IMG/VR virus record: IMGVR_UViG_3300010278_000003
Strand: one strand, 5' to 3'
DNA from: a virus
Length of the DNA: 64,000 nt
Position numbers and translations under genes: made by a program. The notes beneath the pieces are model-generated. The model did not search any database, was not told the DNA's origin, and was given only the letters and a program-made list of their open reading frames with translations. Positions 63,539 through 64,000 of the stretch are shown here, one piece after another. Each line of letters begins with the position of its first letter. Position 1 is the stretch's first letter.

Positions 63539-64000
63539 ATGTCTTATATGATCTGTGATAACAGTAAAAATATTTATGTAAATCAAATTGTTGGTATTGT
63601 TAGGCTTACAACAGAAATATCTGAAGCCACTTTATGGAAGACTTTGAAAGCTGCAACGAATATGTGTAAGAGTTTGCGGAATTCAAAGGAATTTAAAGAG
63701 TATAACCTTCAGATAAAAGATGTAAACAAGAAGGTAAAGCGGTTAGATTTGCTTGAAGATACCGATTATACAGAGTATAATACATATGATAAACTAAACG
63801 AAATCAACGAAATTTTTGGGCAAATTAGTAAACGTCAAACATACTTATTGGCAAAGCTTCAGGAAATTGATTTGAAAATTTCGGATATAGAACATTACGC
63901 TGAAATGTACGAGTTAAATGCAGCTAAAGGTTATAAAGTATATAAGATGTTACATGATGCTAGAAATGAACGAAGAACATACAAGGAAGAATTGAAGGTT
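63539..64000 (+). CDS. Hypothetical coiled-coil protein, runs off the right edge
   Basis: SD AAGGAGG, ATG 63539, frame open to 64000. Confidence 0.65.
   Translation, partial: MSYMICDNSKNIYVNQIVGIVRLTTEISEATLWKTLKAATNMCKSLRNSKEFKEYNLQIKDVNKKVKRLDLLEDTDYTEYNTYDKLNEINEIFGQISKRQTYLLAKLQEIDLKISDIEHYAEMYELNAAKGYKVYKMLHDARNERRTYKEELKV

Larger units (their letters stand above)
1..64000. mobile_element. Large SPbeta-like (pro)phage genome segment; no host genes or att site seen in the window
   Basis: Terminase-portal-protease-capsid-tail-tape measure block preceded by YonO-like RNAP, HU and phosphoesterase. This order resembles the SPbeta yon/yom late arm. Divergent arm of small genes on the right. 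Confidence 0.92.

Overview
AT-rich 64-kb segment of a large SPbeta-like (pro)phage, probably of a Clostridia-type host (inferred from gene content). Positions 1-53185 are mostly a minus-strand arm. It carries BRO/antirepressor, a YonO-like single-subunit RNA polymerase, a beta-CASP nuclease, ClpP, a phosphoesterase, HU, four tRNAs, a fibre-like cassette, a tyrosine recombinase, then terminase, portal, protease/scaffold, capsid, tail tube, tape measure and tail-tip genes. After a purine-skewed non-coding switch region (~53.2-54.3 kb), a plus-strand arm of small early-type genes begins. Main finding: the tape-measure gene appears to be interrupted by a ~3.43-kb group I intron (12951-9518, minus strand). 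By manual folding I can pair P2, P4-P9, the P7 G-binding site, P9.0 with an omega-G 3 kb away, a 13-bp P10 and a C.A-wobble 5' splice site. Splicing restores an in-frame 3533-aa protein. Instead of a recognisable homing endonuclease, the intron holds nine small cargo genes in a peripheral loop closed by a long-range helix. The first cargo genes are driven by an antisense sigma-A promoter that straddles the 3' splice site. Other candidates: an unannotated type I toxin-antitoxin locus, a ~435-nt pseudoknotted ncRNA with AAUU-periodic repeats behind a coiled-coil gene, a tRNA minihelix, a recurrent GMGAATA promoter-like motif and several non-ATG starts. All structures are by eye; no searches or folding programs were run.
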